Numbered from the whole stretch's first letter, positions 48,819 through 58,519 are shown. The stretch is 61,901 bases of DNA, filler included, from 6 parts of 6 records of this genome joined end to end with filler, not necessarily neighbours in it; one strand, 5' to 3'. Program-made: numbers and translations. The notes: generated by a model from the sequence alone, not told the origin.

Positions 48819-49357
48819 CAGAGACTCCTCATGGGATGGGTTTCGTGGCGGTTGGCAGCCGAAGAACAAAACAGCGTGGCCAGGGTACGCACGAAATGGT
48901 CAAGAATTGAAATCGTAAATGCTGTGGAACCGAGCGCGAGCAGCGTCTGAGGTATCCATAGTGCAGTCGCATCCTGCCCTGATGAGACATCACCAAACCG
49001 ATAGGACCAGTAGGCCGCGTCGAAAGCATGCCACGTGATAAAGCCAGCAATGCCGCTTGCGACCAAGAGGCACCACAGCTCGCCAATGGGGCGAAAGCGC
49101 CCGAGTCGCTCCACCAGGAGACCAACACGGATATGCCCGCCTTCGTGAAAGGTATAGGCCGCAGCAAGGAATGTGCTAGCACCCATCAGGTAGCCAGCGT
49201 AATTGGTAGCACCAGGCAGAGTCGTGCCACTCCAACGCAGCACCACCTGGGCGACGATCACTATCAGCATGATAAAAATGCATAGCGCGGCAAGATAGCC
49301 GAAGACACGATAGAGCGTTTCCAGGCATTTAACTGCACGGGAAGAGAAGGTGTTCAT
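48818..49357 (-). CDS. dctQ: TRAP transporter small permease DctQ
   Basis: Four hydrophobic segments; motifs GGHIRV and LWIPQ; start placed at ATG 49357. Confidence 0.92.
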   Translation of the reverse strand: MNTFSSRAVKCLETLYRVFGYLAALCIFIMLIVIVAQVVLRWSGTTLPGATNYAGYLMGASTFLAAAYTFHEGGHIRVGLLVERLGRFRPIGELWCLLVASGIAGFITWHAFDAAYWSYRFGDVSSGQDATALWIPQTLLALGSTAFTISILDHFVRTLATLFCSSAANRHETHPMRSL

Positions 49358-49427
49358 AGGAGCAGTCCCTAGTTCAACCAGCCAAGCGAAGTCCCCATTC
49401 TTCGGAATGAGGACATGAATCGTACCG

Positions 49428-50408
49428 TTACTGCATGGCACGATATTCCTCTACCAGTTGCCGGCCTTGTGGGCCAGCCTTCTCTAGCCATTCCTCCTGC
49501 ATAGCTTCACCAATACGGTTAAATTCCGCTTGCAGGTCTTCATTAGGCTGGTTGATCGCAACCCCCTTGTCGCCCAGTCGGCTCTTGAGTTCATCGGTAA
49601 GTTCTCTGGCCTGCTCTTCGCCGCGCTGCTCGGCTTCTGTGGCAATGGCCAGAACATCCTCTTTGATTTCCTCGTCAAGGGCTTCCCAGCGGTCCTTATT
49701 GACGAAGACGTGGCTAAGCACGAGCCACGCTTTGGCATCGTAGAAGTGAGGGAGGTAGTCCCATAACTGGTGGTTGTAGACGGGGTCGCCGGAAGATATC
49801 AGTGACTGCACCATGCCAGTGGCGGCTGCCTGTGAAAGTTCGGCTTCCTCAATCAAGGTTGGCGTCATGCCCATCAGTTCTGCAAAACGCGCCGTAGCCG
49901 TATTATAGGCTCGGAAATTTAGCCCCTCTGCATCCTCGGGTGTATCGATCTCTCGGTCAAAGAAGATGCCCTGAGGAGGCCAAGGGATGTGATAAAGCAA
50001 TTGAAGGTTCTGCTCCGCCATCAACTCATCCAGCGCCGGCTTAGTCACTTCCCAGAGCTGTGCGGACTCTTCGAAGGAATCTGCCAAAAAAGGCACTGAG
50101 TCAATACCATAAAGAATATTCTCGTTCTGATGGGCGGAAAGCACGTGAACACCGATCTGAGCCTGATCACGCTGGACAGCGCGCTTGATCTGATCGCCAG
50201 GAAACAGCGATCCACTCGGGTGAACGCGTATATCCAACTCTCCATTGGTAACTTCGCGTACTTGATCGGCGAACCAGCTTACGTTCTTTGTAATGTAGTT
50301 GTCCGTCGGTTGCGGGGAAGGTAAATCCCAGACGTCGGCGTAGGCAATGCCACTGGCTGCTAAAGATAACGTCGTAATAGCAGCAGTCTTGTGCAGTACA
50401 TGGACCAT
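49428..50408 (-). CDS. dctP: TRAP transporter substrate-binding protein DctP
   Basis: ATG 50408 after AAGGAG; signal peptide ending AYA; IRVHPSGSLF, PWPPQGIF, GLNFRAYN (conserved carboxylate-binding Arg). Confidence 0.93.
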   Translation of the reverse strand: MVHVLHKTAAITTLSLAASGIAYADVWDLPSPQPTDNYITKNVSWFADQVREVTNGELDIRVHPSGSLFPGDQIKRAVQRDQAQIGVHVLSAHQNENILYGIDSVPFLADSFEESAQLWEVTKPALDELMAEQNLQLLYHIPWPPQGIFFDREIDTPEDAEGLNFRAYNTATARFAELMGMTPTLIEEAELSQAAATGMVQSLISSGDPVYNHQLWDYLPHFYDAKAWLVLSHVFVNKDRWEALDEEIKEDVLAIATEAEQRGEEQARELTDELKSRLGDKGVAINQPNEDLQAEFNRIGEAMQEEWLEKAGPQGRQLVEEYRAMQ

Positions 50409-50466
50409 GCTGTTGGTCTCCTTTTTTCTAGTTGTAGGAACGGTGGCCGGAACTTTTTTCTTGTCG

Positions 50467-50474
50467 TTATTGTT
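50467..50474 (-). promoter_or_regulatory. Possible Hfq/Crc catabolite-activity motif (AAnAAnAA) in the dctP leader
   Basis: Minus strand AACAATAA(CGACAAG) about 60 nt upstream of the dctP start; short motif, could be chance. Confidence 0.35.
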
Positions 50475-50490
50475 CATATTTTCCTCTGGA

Positions 50491-52029
50491 TTACGTTTGG
50501 TGAAGACGTTGACTATCCCAGGTTTCGTGTAGGGTCTTGGGCAGACAGTGCTTGACGATGCGGTGGCTGGGAGTCCGCTCGAACTCCTCCACGATGGCAA
50601 GGTACCTAGGGCACTGGTAGGAGGCTAAACGCTCTTTTAGCCAAAGATGAAGTTCACGTGGTTTGATATCACGTCCAGCTTTCGGCTTCAGGAAGAGCTT
50701 GATTTCCTGCTCTCCGATCTCAGCGGCAACTCCTATCATCGCGCACTCCTCAACATCGGGGTGCTGTTGGGTGACCGACTCCACCTCCCAGGCCGAGACA
50801 TTCTCTCCTCGGCAGCGCACGCTATCGGTAATACGTCCGAGAAAGTAGAGAAACCCGTCCGTATCGAGCCAGCCGCGGTCGCCGGTTTGCAGCATGTCCT
50901 TCGTTAGTGTCTTCTCAGTAGCCTCAGCATTGTGAAAGTAACCATCGAATAGCACGCCTGGCTGCGTTTCACGAACCACGATCTGACCCGGCTCGCCTGG
51001 CGCTAACGGATTCCCCCTATCATCGTGAATAGCGACGTCCAACCAGGGAACGGCGTGCCCCACCGAACCTGGCCTTCCTACCGCATTGAAGGTGGTTAGA
51101 CTTGAGGCTTCCGTCATTCCGTAGCACTCGCGGATCTCAAAGCCGAAACGATTCTGGAGGGTTAACCAGATGTCGCTTGGACACCCCCCGCCCCAGGCAA
51201 TACGTACATTGTGGGTAGACTCCAGTTTACTAGGTGGCTGCTTCAGCAATATCTGCAAGACGCCACCCAGATAATGGATATGAGTCGCACCGCTTGCATG
51301 AACCTGCTCCCAGAAACGACTGGCGCTGAAGCGCTCGGTCAGACTGAGCCGCACATCGAAGAACAGCGGCAGTAACAGCATTTGGGCGCCGCCAATGTGA
51401 TAGAAGGGTTCCCACTGAAAGAAGACGTCACCCGGTTTGATCGAACAGAGCAGCTCAACGCTCTTCAGGGCATACGCCATCATCGCATGCGTAACGCGTA
51501 CTCCCTTTGGCTTTCCCGTCGTGCCTGAGGTATACATCAAAGCATATAGTTCCCACATAGCAGGCGCCGGTGCATCTAGTCTTTCTCTGCCTTCCAAGTG
51601 CTCTGATACTGTGTCTTTAGCGCCGCCCAGCAGAAACGTCTTGCCCGTGAAGTCCGCCCCACTATCGACAACGACAGGCCAAAGATCAGCATCAGTGAAC
51701 AAGACCGCAGGAGCGCAATGCTCGATAATATATTTCAAGCCATTGCCGCGTTGACGGGCATTGACTGGCACCCAAATGATGCCAGCTTTGGCCAGTGCGA
51801 ATAGGATAGCGATGGCCTCCGGGCCGTTGTTCATCATAACTGCGGCACGCTCGCCAGGGTGAATACCCAGCTCCCTGCGAAGGTGGGCGGCGAGAGCCTC
51901 GGACTGACGATCGAGCTCTCCAAATGTCAATGGACGTTGATCGAAGTTCCCGAATAAGCGTTCTGGCTCACGCGTTGCGATATCGCGCAGCGCGAGAATA
52001 AAACTGGGATCGTTGAGGTTGAATATCAT
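50491..52029 (-). CDS. AMP-forming acyl-CoA ligase (CaiC-like)
   Basis: MYTSGTTGKPKG, ECYGMTE, TGD, GRITDSVRCRGENVSAWEVE. Confidence 0.92.
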   Translation of the reverse strand: MIFNLNDPSFILALRDIATREPERLFGNFDQRPLTFGELDRQSEALAAHLRRELGIHPGERAAVMMNNGPEAIAILFALAKAGIIWVPVNARQRGNGLKYIIEHCAPAVLFTDADLWPVVVDSGADFTGKTFLLGGAKDTVSEHLEGRERLDAPAPAMWELYALMYTSGTTGKPKGVRVTHAMMAYALKSVELLCSIKPGDVFFQWEPFYHIGGAQMLLLPLFFDVRLSLTERFSASRFWEQVHASGATHIHYLGGVLQILLKQPPSKLESTHNVRIAWGGGCPSDIWLTLQNRFGFEIRECYGMTEASSLTTFNAVGRPGSVGHAVPWLDVAIHDDRGNPLAPGEPGQIVVRETQPGVLFDGYFHNAEATEKTLTKDMLQTGDRGWLDTDGFLYFLGRITDSVRCRGENVSAWEVESVTQQHPDVEECAMIGVAAEIGEQEIKLFLKPKAGRDIKPRELHLWLKERLASYQCPRYLAIVEEFERTPSHRIVKHCLPKTLHETWDSQRLHQT

Positions 52030-52101
52030 AGCAATCCGAATGTCCTTTGCTTCTCACGCGTCGCTCCAGCGACAGTTGTTCAATCTATGTTTTCTACCGT
52101 C

Positions 52102-52854
52102 TTAACGCTTGAGAAAGAGTTCCATCATGCGTGCCGGTTCTCCCGATGCGTAAGCCTCCCCCTGAATGCGAATCCCCGCCTCAAGGCAGTCGCGGAAACC
52201 GGGCTCGGTGATCTCTTGAAAACGCTGACGATCCAGACGCATTGCAACAGGAGGCTTGTCGGCGAGCTCTTCACCCAGCGCTAGCGCTTCAGTCATGACC
52301 TGATCGGCTGCAACCAGTCGATTGATCAAACCGAGAGCACAAGACTCGTCGGCATTCATCAAGCGACCACTTAGGGTCAGGTCGATGGTTCGAGCTAGCC
52401 CCAGGTGTTCGCGCATGATCCAGGGGCCGGTAGTGCTAGCGATTCCCGAGTTAATTTCGGGCTGACCCATACGAACGTCGGCATGGGCTATGCGGAAGTC
52501 ACACAGTAGAGCTACTTGAAAGGCCGAACCAGCCGCGACTCCGTTGAGGCCAGCAATGATGGGCTTAGGACTGCTGCGCAGTTTGTCGTAGAGCATCTCC
52601 CACTCGCCAACCCAGCTTTTGGCCCGTTCGGCGTCAAAAGATCGGGTCTCGTTGAGATCCTGACCAGCACTGAAAGCTCGCCCGCCCGCCCCAGTCAGCA
52701 CGATGGCGCCGAGCGAATCGTCATTTGTAAACTCCTCAAGCGCGGCGATAAGTTGCTGGCGCATTTCACTATGCCAGGCGTTAAGAACTTCTGGACGGTT
52801 CAAAGTGATGACACCTACGCGACCTTGCTTGCTGGTGAGAATATGTTCAGACAT
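52102..52854 (-). CDS. Enoyl-CoA hydratase/isomerase (crotonase) family protein
   Basis: ITLNRPEVLNAW, AFSAGQDL, PKPIIAGLNGVAAG, GQPEINSG; start placed at ATG 52854. Confidence 0.93.
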   Translation of the reverse strand: MSEHILTSKQGRVGVITLNRPEVLNAWHSEMRQQLIAALEEFTNDDSLGAIVLTGAGGRAFSAGQDLNETRSFDAERAKSWVGEWEMLYDKLRSSPKPIIAGLNGVAAGSAFQVALLCDFRIAHADVRMGQPEINSGIASTTGPWIMREHLGLARTIDLTLSGRLMNADESCALGLINRLVAADQVMTEALALGEELADKPPVAMRLDRQRFQEITEPGFRDCLEAGIRIQGEAYASGEPARMMELFLKR

Positions 52855-53005
52855 GATTATCTCTCTATTTGCTCTTGAAGTGATTATAATGCGATCAGGG
52901 TTGATCAACATACAATCAATATAGCCGATATATACTCACTGTAAAGCTATCAAGATACAAAAATGATTTTCTTGCGCAGAGACCATTCAATTAAAAGGTG
53001 AAAAA

Positions 53006-53776
53006 TTGAACGAAAAGAAAAAGGTGGACCATTTAATGGTCAAGAGCGTGGTTAAAGCGTTTCGGATTCTTGAGGTTTTCGATGCAGAGCATCCAGCGAT
53101 GAGTATCAAGAACCTTGCAGAACGCTGTGACATGGACAGAAGCGCAACGCAGCGCTTTGTACACACGTTGATGCAGCTAGGCTACTTGCAGCGCAACGAG
53201 GAAACACAACTGATCGAACCTAGCGTGCGCACACTGGATATCGCCGCGCATTACCTTCATGCGCATCCATTGGTCGATAAGGTTCGCCCCTACTTGTTGA
53301 ACCTGAGCAAAGAAACAGAAGGCTCAGTCAGCCTAACGATTTTGGATGGACAGGATGTAGTGTATCTATCTCGCCTGTTGAGCCGAAACATGCTCGATAC
53401 CGATATCACTATCGGATCGCGTCTCCCGGCTTTTTGCACGGCACCAGGGCTGGCAATGCTGTCGCAATTGGATGAAAAAGAGGCCCTTACTCTCTTGGGG
53501 CAAACCCAGCGAAAGGCTTATACGCCCAATACCATCTATGAAGTGCCTGCGATAATGGATCGCTTAGAAATATTTCGGCGCCAAGGGTATGCAATATCGG
53601 TAGAGGAATATTTTCTATCCGACATATCAATTTCGGTGCCTATCTTAGATCGACATAACCGACCGCGTGCAGCTGTCAGTATCTCAATGTCTCGAGCACG
53701 GAGCATGCCTGAGGAGCTGGAACAGAATTTATCAGGTTTACTAATAGCAACAGCAAGGCAGATATCTAGATTGTAA
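53006..53776 (+). CDS. IclR-family transcriptional regulator, divergent from the operon
   Basis: VKSVVKAFRILEVF, HTH RSATQRFVHTL, GSRLPAFCTAPG. Confidence 0.93.
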   Translation: MNEKKKVDHLMVKSVVKAFRILEVFDAEHPAMSIKNLAERCDMDRSATQRFVHTLMQLGYLQRNEETQLIEPSVRTLDIAAHYLHAHPLVDKVRPYLLNLSKETEGSVSLTILDGQDVVYLSRLLSRNMLDTDITIGSRLPAFCTAPGLAMLSQLDEKEALTLLGQTQRKAYTPNTIYEVPAIMDRLEIFRRQGYAISVEEYFLSDISISVPILDRHNRPRAAVSISMSRARSMPEELEQNLSGLLIATARQISRL

Positions 53777-53849
53777 TGCTAATTTAGGATTCAGATAACT
53801 GGGTGTACTGCTAGACGTTATCGGTAACATGTTATTGTCTTATTGCTGT

Positions 53850-53879
53850 ATGTGCGCCAAAAATTAGTCTGGCGCACAT
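53850..53879. terminator. Hairpin between convergent iclR and ydcJ fragment
   Basis: ATGTGCGCCA-10 nt-TGGCGCACAT. Confidence 0.55.
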
Positions 53880-53958
53880 TCTAACCTTTACGGATTGAAA
53901 ATCGCTGATAGCACACCTTTTCGCCACCAGCTTTCAGGGTTTAAGCGAAAATTTCACC

Positions 53959-54249
53959 TTATAAACTTGCCAGCACCTTCGCTTTAGAGGCGTTTTCGCG
54001 CTCAGCATAGAGCGATAGCTCATCTGTTACCTGGGCACCCAGTGCCTCTTCAAAGGCATCCCGATTAGCATTACCCGCGTAAGCTTCGCTCCCCGTGCCA
54101 CCGACGTTCGACTGGAAAATACCCGCCGCACTGACTGGGAGAAAGTCTTCATAGGTAATCGGCTGTGCTTCCACCAGGCCTTGGGCGACTAACGCCTCAA
54201 TATCGGCATTGCCAACGTCTTTAGCGGCCTGACCTTTCTCAGTCAGATG
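53959..54249 (-). pseudogene. ydcJ: 5'-truncated 3' fragment (96 aa) of 2-oxoadipate dioxygenase/decarboxylase HglS (YdcJ, DUF1338)
   Basis: HLTEKG...VEAQPITYEDFLPVSAAGIFQSN...DAFEEALGAQVTDELSLY matches the YdcJ C-terminus; similarity stops abruptly near 54250, with an in-frame TGA at 54265-54267. Confidence 0.85.
54019..54050 (-). repeat. Direct repeat copy 2 (inside the ydcJ fragment)
   Basis: CTCATCTGTTACCTGGGCACCCAGTGCCTCTT; shares a perfect 22-bp run with 47287-47308. Confidence 0.85.
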
Positions 54250-54350
54250 ATTTAGTTGTGGCGTTCAAAGATATCATCGGATCAACCACGGAGACGTGAG
54301 TACCGGGCCTGGCAATCTCACGGCCAAAAGCATCAAAAACGGATACACAT

Positions 54351-54390
54351 AAAAAGCGGCCACTCTTCCCGCAGGCGAAGAGTGGCCGCT
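54351..54390 (-). terminator. Rho-independent terminator of the DUF4214 gene
   Basis: AGCGGCCACTCTTC-8 nt-GAAGAGTGGCCGCT 14-bp stem with a T-run on the minus strand. Confidence 0.88.
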
Positions 54391-54414
54391 GGTGCTCTGC
54401 CTAACGTCAATGCA

Positions 54415-55833
54415 TCAGGCGAAAATAAAACCTTCCGCTAAATGTTTCACCTGCATTTCTTCAGAAGTAGCGAAATAGGTCATCACATCACCATGATCAA
54501 CCGTCGGCTCTTCAAGTACATCTGACCAGTACGCAAAGCCATCAGCATCAGGAGCTCTATCAAAGGCGTTGGCATATAGCAGGGTCAGATAGTCATCATC
54601 ACTGAAGCGACTCCCGTGATCATCGGTAAACTCTTCCGATTCGATGAAGAAATCAGCAATATCAAACATACTCACACCGTTTTCACGCACACCAGACCAG
54701 TAATTTAGCCCTGTAGCATCCGCCTCTCGATCAAACGCGACTTTATATAATGCATGAAGCACTGAGATCTCGACCGTATCCGTGACATCGCCCAGTTCAA
54801 CAGAAACTGTCGCTGTGCTTGATGCTCCCTGCGAGTCCTCAATCGAGTATTCAAAGATATCGCTGACGCGGTCTACCTCTTGTGAAGGCACAAAAGCCCC
54901 TCTCTGGTCGTAGAGGAAATCACCATTTTCCTGAACGGTGAGAGTCGCACCAGATGACAAAACAAGCGCGGTATCAAAAAGAATCTCTTGACCATCAATA
55001 TCAGTGATTGAGAAGTCATCACCATCAACCTCCTGATCAATACCGTTGCCATTGTCTTCCAACAGGTTCCCACGCAGTAACCAACCAAACCGGCTCGAAA
55101 ATTCATCGTCACGCGCAATAGGTGCGCTGTTTACCCCTCCATCATCGACATCCGGTATAGGCTCTGGATCCTCGGGGGTTTCTGGTAAGCGGAATCCAAT
55201 GGCACCAGGGTCAACAATAACGCCGTTAGCGGCGCCATCAGAATCAAACTCACCGCCATCCTCAATGACAAAATCAAAGCGTAATTTATTACCTTCATTT
55301 GTCAGACTACCGCCAAAGGCTGCACTAGCCAGATTTACCCAGTCTCCAGCCGCGTTCTGCTTCCAGTAACCATTGGCCTCAACATCATCGGCGACGAACA
55401 GAGAAAACACATTAGACCCACCAACGGTTTCTATATCCGCTTCAAAAGCGATTAAACCAAATGGCATATCAAGGTCATCTGGTCGGTCATTCGGCGCATC
55501 CAACTGTTGCACATTACGCAACGTTAGTAAGTCATCATCGCTCTCGGCGTCACGGCTGCCGTTCGACGTCAGCGTGATAAACGCTTCAGGGGCATCTTCG
55601 GGATTAGAGACAGCCGTCGGCGTCAATAAAAACGGTGTAGAACTGACATTGCTTTGCTCGGCGTCAGAAATGCCGTCGCCGTTGCCATCACCGGTAGTGC
55701 TTCCATCCAGCGATGGTACGCGATTTTCATCTTCATTCGAAATGCCGTCATTATCGCTATCAGGATTAGCACTAATAGCAGACGTTGGCATCGATGTAAG
55801 AGTTTCGGCCGTGCCCTGCTGATCGGTATAGCT
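54415..55833 (-). CDS. C-terminal part of a large acidic surface/adhesin protein (choice-of-anchor U-like domain, cadherin/Ig-like repeat, DUF4214), 5' truncated
   Basis: Frame open to the contig edge (SYTDQQGTAETLTS...); DGGEFDSDGAANGVIVDPG; NSAPIARDDEF...FEYSIEDSQGASSTATVSV; LYKVAFDREADATGLNYW and LYANAFDRAPDADGFAYW. Confidence 0.85.
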   Translation of the reverse strand, partial: SYTDQQGTAETLTSMPTSAISANPDSDNDGISNEDENRVPSLDGSTTGDGNGDGISDAEQSNVSSTPFLLTPTAVSNPEDAPEAFITLTSNGSRDAESDDDLLTLRNVQQLDAPNDRPDDLDMPFGLIAFEADIETVGGSNVFSLFVADDVEANGYWKQNAAGDWVNLASAAFGGSLTNEGNKLRFDFVIEDGGEFDSDGAANGVIVDPGAIGFRLPETPEDPEPIPDVDDGGVNSAPIARDDEFSSRFGWLLRGNLLEDNGNGIDQEVDGDDFSITDIDGQEILFDTALVLSSGATLTVQENGDFLYDQRGAFVPSQEVDRVSDIFEYSIEDSQGASSTATVSVELGDVTDTVEISVLHALYKVAFDREADATGLNYWSGVRENGVSMFDIADFFIESEEFTDDHGSRFSDDDYLTLLYANAFDRAPDADGFAYWSDVLEEPTVDHGDVMTYFATSEEMQVKHLAEGFIFA

Positions 55834-55933
55834 NNNNNNNNNNNNNNNNNNNNNNNNNNNNNNNNNNNNNNNNNNNNTTAATTAATTAANNNNNNNNNNN
55901 NNNNNNNNNNNNNNNNNNNNNNNNNNNNNNNNN
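55834..55933. other. Artificial contig linker
   Basis: N44-TTAATTAATTAA-N44. Confidence 0.98.
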
Positions 55934-58002
55934 CGAGCACGCGCCGCGCTCATCCCCTCCGCCTTCGTGCAGCGCGTACCGCAGTTTCGTCGCGTCGGCA
56001 AGGTGCATCTCGGATTGGGAGGTCAATGAAGCAGAACCTTGCTGTCGGAGAGAAATCAGAGAACCGCTGCGCGCGAGGTCGACGGGAAGCTTCAGAGCGC
56101 ATACAATTATTATATTTTTTACACACAAAGCAGCGCAAAGCAACGAACGTGAGGCTACTTCGATAGACAGAGCAAGAGAACGGCGTCGATGACTACAGCG
56201 CACGAGGAGAGCCGCGCGGCTGGTCGCGGGGGTGGACCCCAAGATACATGCTCATCAATGCGACCCGAAATCGCTGCGGCCTTGCGCGAGAAAAAATCAA
56301 ATTACATAGACACGCTGCGCAACGTTGAACCAACAACAGTGCGGGCGCTGGCGAGATGCAGCAGCGGTTACGCTTGGAATAGCGCCTCATCCGGAAGCGC
56401 CAGGCCGGTGCGCGCAAGAGGAGACTCAGGCGCAGTCTGCACGCCTCGACGTACCTTGGCCAAATCAGCAAGGCTCTTATCCGCGCCAACGCTGGACTCC
56501 GACAGTGGTTTCTTGCTGAGTCCCTGCTCGACACAAACAGAGTATCATTCACGCGCATGTCAGGCGCGGCGCGGCACGATGCTCACCCACCCACTCAGTC
56601 TCGCAGCTACAAAGCTCGCGCTTCGTCGGCTTCGAAAGGCACTTGTGGGGGAAAATGCCGTGTAGTGCTCCACAGAGCATTTCGACATTGGCACACTGCG
56701 GCGAGTTCTCGGCTGCACAAGTGGCTGGAATCTTTGATTCTTGTTTGCCGCGCGATCACAGGGACATCATGTGCAGCTGTGAACCTGGAGAAAACGAACC
56801 TGTAGTAGCACTTTCTCGTCAGCGCCGTCTACCGTTCCGAGGCGCTTCGCAGCAGCTTCGCGAACGGAAGGCTGGGCACAGCACATGAGAAGGCTCAGCA
56901 TCACAAAAGCTTCGTTTGCGAGAGAAATCGTCGCGCCTGTCGAGCTTAGCTGCGCTGGTACGGCGGCATTGGGAAACCGGTCGGCAACGTGCCACGCGAG
57001 GTCCACGGCGCTCTTGCGTACGCGCGGGTCGTCGTCGTCCGCGCCCCGGATGGCCATGGCAATCCACCCGGAAACGAAATCCGCGTCCACGCGAGGGCGA
57101 AGAGTCGTGCGTGCAATGAAAGCAGACGTATCTAAAGCACATGCGCGCATACGTGCATCTCCGCGCGAGGCGAGCGCCTCGAGCACCGGCCGCATGGCTG
57201 ACGGCTCGCACAGCAGCTTTGCGGCTTCAACGCAAGCGGTGCTAGCGCGCGCACCCGCGACGAGCGATGCTTCAAGTAGGAGCTGGCCAACAACGTCCCA
57301 CTTGTCCTTGTCTGGCATAGCAAAGGAACCGCATTGCCAGCGAGCAGCTGGCAGTCCAAGGGCAGCGGCGACCGCGCTGCACACGTCCGCTGCGTATGAC
57401 AACGCGGCGTCCACACTGGCGAACTCGATAGCCCCATCGACGTCTGTCAGTCCATCGGTTTCACCGCCTGTCGAGGAGCTCTGCGGCTGTCCATTTCGCT
57501 TACATTCGTTGCTGCACACACCTGTAGTGTCGTCTGATCGAGAGATTGCACCTGAGCTCGGTTGGCGCGGTCGGCCTTGGCACCTGAGAGCCGTAAGGGC
57601 GGCGCGCGCCACCTCCGCTGCACTGTCGCGGCACTCGGCAGCCGGCACGCCAGGATGCAGCGCCAGTGCGCGCGCAAGGGCCCGCAGGCGAGGAAGAGCC
57701 AAGCCCATGACGAATTCTTCATCTGCCACAAACTGTAATATGATGCTCTTTGTGCAGTGAAACAGGGCAGTGGCACCCGCGTTGTCCAGCGCCGGAGCGG
57801 CAAGCTGTGCGGTGCTCAGCAGCGCGTTCAGGAGCGCGACGCTCCGTCGCTCAGCCGCTTGTTCAAGCGCCGCGCAGCACTTGACGACGTCGCAAGAAAG
57901 TTCTGACAGGCTGCCTGACCGCTCCATACACAGAAACATACTTGTCGATCGACGGCGGGACTCGCCTGCAGCGTGCTCGCATTCTCCTGGCTTCGCGCGC
58001 AT
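55934..58002 (-). CDS. HEAT-repeat protein, Integrator subunit 4 (INTS4)-like, multi-exon, 3' truncated
   Basis: Exon 58002-56800 ends DDDDPRVRKSAVDLAWHVADRFP...SLANEAFVMLSLLMCCAQPSVREAAAKRLGTVDGADEKVLLQ, collinear with INTS4 DD...VR.AAV.L.W.....P...L.D.AF..+..+.D....VR..AAK.LG; downstream INTS4 motifs not clearly seen. Confidence 0.55.
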
Positions 58003-58519
58003 CGCGGGAAGCGCGCCCTCCGTTTACGGGAGGCTGCAAATGGCGAGGGCGCGCAGGCAACGCGTAACGCAGCAAAACGCGCCGCTCCTCCTTCGAGCTC
58101 TCTCCAACGCCCTCGCTTGTGATACGGGGAAGCCGAAACGGTTTCACCCCGTCTACCGCGAAGAGCGCACTCTCGCGCACGGCAATGGAAGTCTGCGTAC
58201 GGAGCGCTTATGCAAGCGGCTCGCGTTTCTGCTGCGGCGAGGGGCCGCGCCTCTCTGTACGCCGAAGTACCTTGAAAGAGGAAATACCTATGTTTAGGAT
58301 ATGCTTGGAAAATCTTGTTGCAGCGCCGCTCCCGCAGGGGGAGACCGCGAGCGCGCGGGACGGAGGCGATAGCGCGTCGCTCCTGGCCCGAACCGTTCTC
58401 TCCCAAATACGCGCACAGGCCCTGTAGTTCACTTGCGTGCTTCTTGTTTTCTCAAGTCATAGTCTGTGTATATTTCTGGTGGATTAGGGCTCGTGAGAGG
58501 CGAGTGGCCACGCTGGGCG

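Larger units (their letters stand above)
47309..54050. mobile_element. Putative integrase-less genomic islet (about 6.7 kb) inserted in the 3' end of ydcJ/hglS
   Basis: Complete regulator + catabolic + transport module bracketed by direct repeats taken from a coding gene; AT-rich margins; no recombinase ORF inside. Confidence 0.6.

Noticed and set aside
50409-50600. Extended dctP N-terminus (track ORF to 50600, or ATG at 50477)
   Set aside because: The longest version overlaps the ligase 3' end; a strong AAGGAG and a normal signal peptide favour ATG 50408, although the 50477 start is not fully excluded.
12369-55933. Five recurring TTAATTAATTAA palindromes flanked by N runs as a biological repeat
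   Set aside because: Identical 100-bp all-frame-stop linkers added during contig concatenation.
47177-55933. Bacterial operon horizontally transferred into the eukaryote
   Set aside because: It is a separate contig with RBSs, overlapping stop/start codons and terminators; there is no physical junction with eukaryotic DNA.
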